Origin: an uncultured delta proteobacterium | GTDB lineage: Bacteria; Desulfobacterota; Desulfobacteria; Desulfobacterales; Desulfosalsimonadaceae | Assembly (NCBI GenBank): GCA_963826785.1 | Contig: CAWGYD010000002.1 | Coordinates: forward strand, 22,102 to 86,101 | Reading direction: 5' to 3' | DNA: 64,000 nucleotides | Shown: piece after piece, positions 61,208 through 64,000 of the stretch | Layout of the letters: every line of letters starts with the position of its first letter | How positions within the stretch are numbered: position 1 is the first letter of the stretch | Program-made: the position numbers and the translations under genes | Notes under the pieces: generated by a model | The model's database searches: none | Seen by the model: the letters and a program-made list of their open reading frames with translations, nothing else | What the model was told of the DNA's origin: nothing

Positions 61208-61552
61208 TTATGTGGGATTCAGCCTGTTGGAATATCCTCTTGCCCTTTCAATGGTTTCAATCCCGGTGGTGTTCGAAATGATGTCAAATCGGATTTCCGG
61301 TTCCTTCAGGGCCATCTCCAGAACGATCAGTAAATTTCGGTACACTTCAGAGCGCAGATGCTGATCCATTTCTTCCCAGCTTCGCCAGGTCTCTCTATAC
61401 ATAAACAGGCCGTTTTCCTCTATATCCCCGTAGATATTGCAATTCAGGCAACCGCTCCGTATCCTGGACTGAACTGCTGTCGATTTTAGAATTTTCAATG
61501 CGGCATCGCACTTGTTCGGCGGTAACTCCATCATAAAGGTTGCAATGATCAT
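61208..61552 (-). CDS. ABM-fold protein with CxxC (paralog of 29785-30132)
   Basis: GCLNCNIY...W...HLRSEVYRN...EPEIRFD...TGIETIERAR; GGAGGTGA RBS supports the start. Confidence 0.82.
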   Translation of the reverse strand: MIIATFMMELPPNKCDAALKILKSTAVQSRIRSGCLNCNIYGDIEENGLFMYRETWRSWEEMDQHLRSEVYRNLLIVLEMALKEPEIRFDIISNTTGIETIERARGYSNRLNPT

Positions 61553-61666
61553 CAGTCGTATCACCTCCACTCGGGGTTGAAGTTTCACAATGCATTGAAA
61601 AAAAATATTTATCTTATCGAGGAAAGAGGGATCAGGCCCTTCTCGCCCATCTTACCAACACATAGA

Positions 61667-61681
61667 GCGAGAAACATGCCA
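61667..61681 (-). promoter_or_regulatory. Sigma-54 -24/-12 promoter
   Basis: Minus strand TGGCATGTTTCTCGC (GG-N10-GC), about 115 bp before the ABM start. Confidence 0.75.
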
Positions 61682-61776
61682 AGTCGGATGTTTAGGAATT
61701 TTAAAAATAATTGTCTGAATAATTGGATGATTCTGGAGGAGGGGGAAATATTCGGAGAATTGGCCATTGAACTTTG

Positions 61777-61812
61777 TGCTTATATATCGTCACGAGTGCC
61801 TTCATGTCGGCA
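61777..61812. promoter_or_regulatory. Tandem 16-bp sites (candidate UAS of the right operon)
   Basis: TGCTTATATATCGTCA-N4-TGCCTTCATGTCGGCA, about 96 bp upstream of the -24 element. Confidence 0.65.
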
Positions 61813-62049
61813 TTATGTGCCAGGTTTCTCAATGCCCAGTTTTTTTCCATCCGCCTAACATATACCATGGGATCATAAAATGATTCGATTTGAACAATGA
61901 GCACTACGGCTATGGCTTGGCAGTAATCCGGGGATTGTCCTGCTGAGGATTGCCGGATCAATGGTTTACTGGGCGGGATTTGCGGGATTGCTGAAAGCCC
62001 TGGCAAGGAGTGTTGTGCCCTCCGCTTATCCCTGATCCCGATTCCGAGG

Positions 62050-62955
62050 CTATCGGCTCCAGGCTGCCAGCTGCGAACCTTCAGCCCGCAACCGTCTTAA
62101 GGTTTCAGGGGAGTTGAACAGTTTTCGACACAGCTCGCATTTACTGTAGGTTATGATCTCGCTGGCCTTCATACCGGTAAATGATGCTATATTTGTTATC
62201 CCCATGGTTCTGATGAAGCTGTACAGCCGGTCAGTTTCGGTTTTAGTAAAAATCTGTTCCACTGTATTGTCGGTCAGGTTCCCAAGGTAAAAAAAATTTG
62301 TCTCCGAAAATTGGCTCCCTGCATCGCAACAGGCGTACATATCAAGATCCGGAGCCAGATAGGGGTTCATGTCACAGCAGTTTGCCTGATAATCGGTCAG
62401 AATATTTCTGCGTTTAAAAAACGCGGCACGACCTGCATATATGACGGGTTCCGGGAAAAACTTGAGGCCCTGATCCCGCAAAAACTGTTCATGTGGATCA
62501 TCCTCTATGGAAAAATCGGTGATAAATGAAATAAAATAATTTAACCCGTTCTTCTGGCAACTGCGTGCGGCATTCAACACATTGTTCCGGTCTATATTTT
62601 TCTGGTGCCACCTTGAGTAACTTAATCTCAATTGGCAAAGCCCGTTTTCTTTCAATTCTGAAACCAGACTTTCGGAAGCATCTGCTGTCTTTGCCCAATA
62701 ACTATTGGTAACAATTCTTGAATATATTCCGATTTGTTTGCACAGTTTCACAAGGTCTATAATTTCATTGAAATACAGAAACGGTTCACCTGCTGAAAAA
62801 CTTATTCCGACAACACCTGCCTGGGCCATTTCGACAATTATTTCTTTTGCCTTATCATGATCCATTTTCCTGCAATCAGGGATATCCTCTGCAGCCACAC
62901 AGTGTTCGCACTTGATATTACATCTGGTTGAGTATCCAAAAGCTAATTTGCGCAC
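62050..62955 (-). CDS. Radical SAM protein with Cys-rich C-terminus (SPASM/twitch-like)
   Basis: CNIKCEHC, AGEPF, VTN, ANCC..YACC..LGN, CELC; GTG start inferred. Confidence 0.85.
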   Translation of the reverse strand: MRKLAFGYSTRCNIKCEHCVAAEDIPDCRKMDHDKAKEIIVEMAQAGVVGISFSAGEPFLYFNEIIDLVKLCKQIGIYSRIVTNSYWAKTADASESLVSELKENGLCQLRLSYSRWHQKNIDRNNVLNAARSCQKNGLNYFISFITDFSIEDDPHEQFLRDQGLKFFPEPVIYAGRAAFFKRRNILTDYQANCCDMNPYLAPDLDMYACCDAGSQFSETNFFYLGNLTDNTVEQIFTKTETDRLYSFIRTMGITNIASFTGMKASEIITYSKCELCRKLFNSPETLRRLRAEGSQLAAWSR

Positions 62956-63121
62956 TCTCCAATATGACAATGACAATGGTGAAAAGGATGCTCCAGATCA
63001 GGACCACATCAAATGCTTTGCCAGCTGGCGTGTCTGTTCCAAATATTATTTCATACAAATTACGCCGCCAATTTTTATATACGTGCCCACTTGAAGAAGC
63101 ATCCCTGTATTTCAACCTCAA
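62956..63121 (-). pseudogene. N-terminal fragment of an ion transporter / K+ channel gene
   Basis: WRRNLYEIIFGTDTPAGKAFDVVLIWSILFTIVIVILES, then the frame is lost. Confidence 0.7.
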
Positions 63122-63395
63122 TATAATCTGTTAAATCAATACCCATTTTAAACATTCGATAATTTGCGAAATAGTACAATAGAACCTGTGATAATACAAA
63201 GTTTAGATAATTTTTTGAGCGCTGATTATACAGCAAGCGGGGTGTGACACGAGAGGACAAAAGCATAAAATAGATATTCCGATAATTAGAAAGGATTAGA
63301 CAAGTACAGGCGCGGTAGCTTTTTGCCGTCGCCTCTTAATGCCTTTTTTAAATTGCAGCATTCGCTTAGCCACTAAAGATCAAATGTTAGCCTGT

Positions 63396-63617
63396 TTATT
63401 CGGAATTAATACTGCTACTTTTTAATTCTATCAGGCTATCTTGTTTAACCATAATCAACCCTCTTTTGGGTCGGTCTAAATCAATAATGATAAACACTAC
63501 CAGAACTAATAATAAAGAAAATATTACTGTGGGGATATAGGCTCTTTTTAAACTCAATCCACTATTGTAGCCCATCAAAGCTCCACCAATTAAAAAAGCA
63601 AAAAACAGTAAAAATAA
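63396..63617 (-). pseudogene. C-terminal part of a second DUF4239-like gene (5' part missing at the junction)
   Basis: MGYNSG...IIDLDRPKRGLI.V.Q matches the end of 49950-50777. Confidence 0.7.
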
Positions 63618-63620
63618 ACG

Positions 63621-63999
63621 CGCGGGCTGGACCCCCACGAGACGCCGGAGGAGTACGAGGCGGCGTGGGACGAGGCGCTCGCCGCGGCGGAGAAGTCCGT
63701 GGCCGACGAGCACGACGAGGTCACCTCGCTCGGCGGCCTCTACGTCCTGGGCACCGAGCGGCACGAGTCGCGGCGCATCGACAACCAGCTGCGCGGCCGC
63801 TCCGGCCGACAGGGTGACCCGGGTGAGTCGCGGTTCTACCTTCTCGCCGAAGGACCACCTCATGCGGATGTTCAACGCCGGCCTGGTCGACCGGGTGATG
63901 ACCACGGCCAAGCCGAAGGACGACCAGCCGATCGAGTCCAAGATGGTCACCCGCTCCATCGCCTCGGCGCAGGCGCAGGTCGAGGCGCAGAACTTCGAG
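63621..63999 (+). CDS. secA: Internal fragment of SecA, actinobacterial type, with a frameshift near 63842 (probably foreign sequence)
   Basis: [37 protein letters not shown], then in the +1 frame LMRMFN...[23 protein letters not shown]; very high GC. Confidence 0.9.
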
Positions 64000-64000
64000 A

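Larger units (their letters stand above)
24602..63617. mobile_element. Genomic island / degraded integrative element adjacent to selC
   Basis: Drop in GC after the tRNA, orphan antitoxin, IstB/DnaC-like and HD-like fragments, IS remnant, many gene fragments; no integrase or second att seen in the window. Confidence 0.65.

Noticed and set aside
63396..63959. 187-aa ORF as a novel fusion protein
   Set aside because: It joins antisense secA to a DUF4239 tail across a probable chimeric junction
1..64000. CRISPR array, rRNA, riboswitches, intact integrase or phage structural genes
   Set aside because: No regularly spaced repeats or recognisable motifs found by eye

Overview
The window looks like a sulfate-reducing deltaproteobacterium (Desulfobacterales-like, inferred from protein families). 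It has three parts. (1) 1-24,600 is housekeeping backbone: dnaB, hflX, suhB, a glcD-like oxidase, a divergent dnaA, namZ, rnhA, plsB, a MurU-AmgK-like fusion, dapB, an ABC substrate-binding protein, alaS, recA, thpR, larC and an M20 peptidase, ending at tRNA-Sec (selC). (2) About 24,600-63,600 is an AT-richer, patchwork island starting right after selC. It opens with mobile-element debris and a GAF-PAS sigma-54 enhancer-binding protein (EBP). Two long convergent gene arrays follow (29.8-49.9 kb on +, 61.6-50.0 kb on -). Each begins with the same module: tandem 16-bp sites, about 100 bp, a -24/-12 promoter with TCGC, a CxxC ABM-fold gene, and a DUF3313 lipoprotein. The cargo is almost entirely envelope proteins: four DUF1254/DUF1214 proteins, several outer-membrane channels including FadL, PqiAABC, hydrolases, DUF4105, MscS and DUF membrane proteins. 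This putative sigma-54 envelope regulon is the best candidate for an undescribed system. (3) From about 63,619 there is an abrupt jump into a very high-GC, frameshifted actinobacterial-type secA fragment, most likely an assembly chimera. All family calls are from motif recognition by eye, not database searches.
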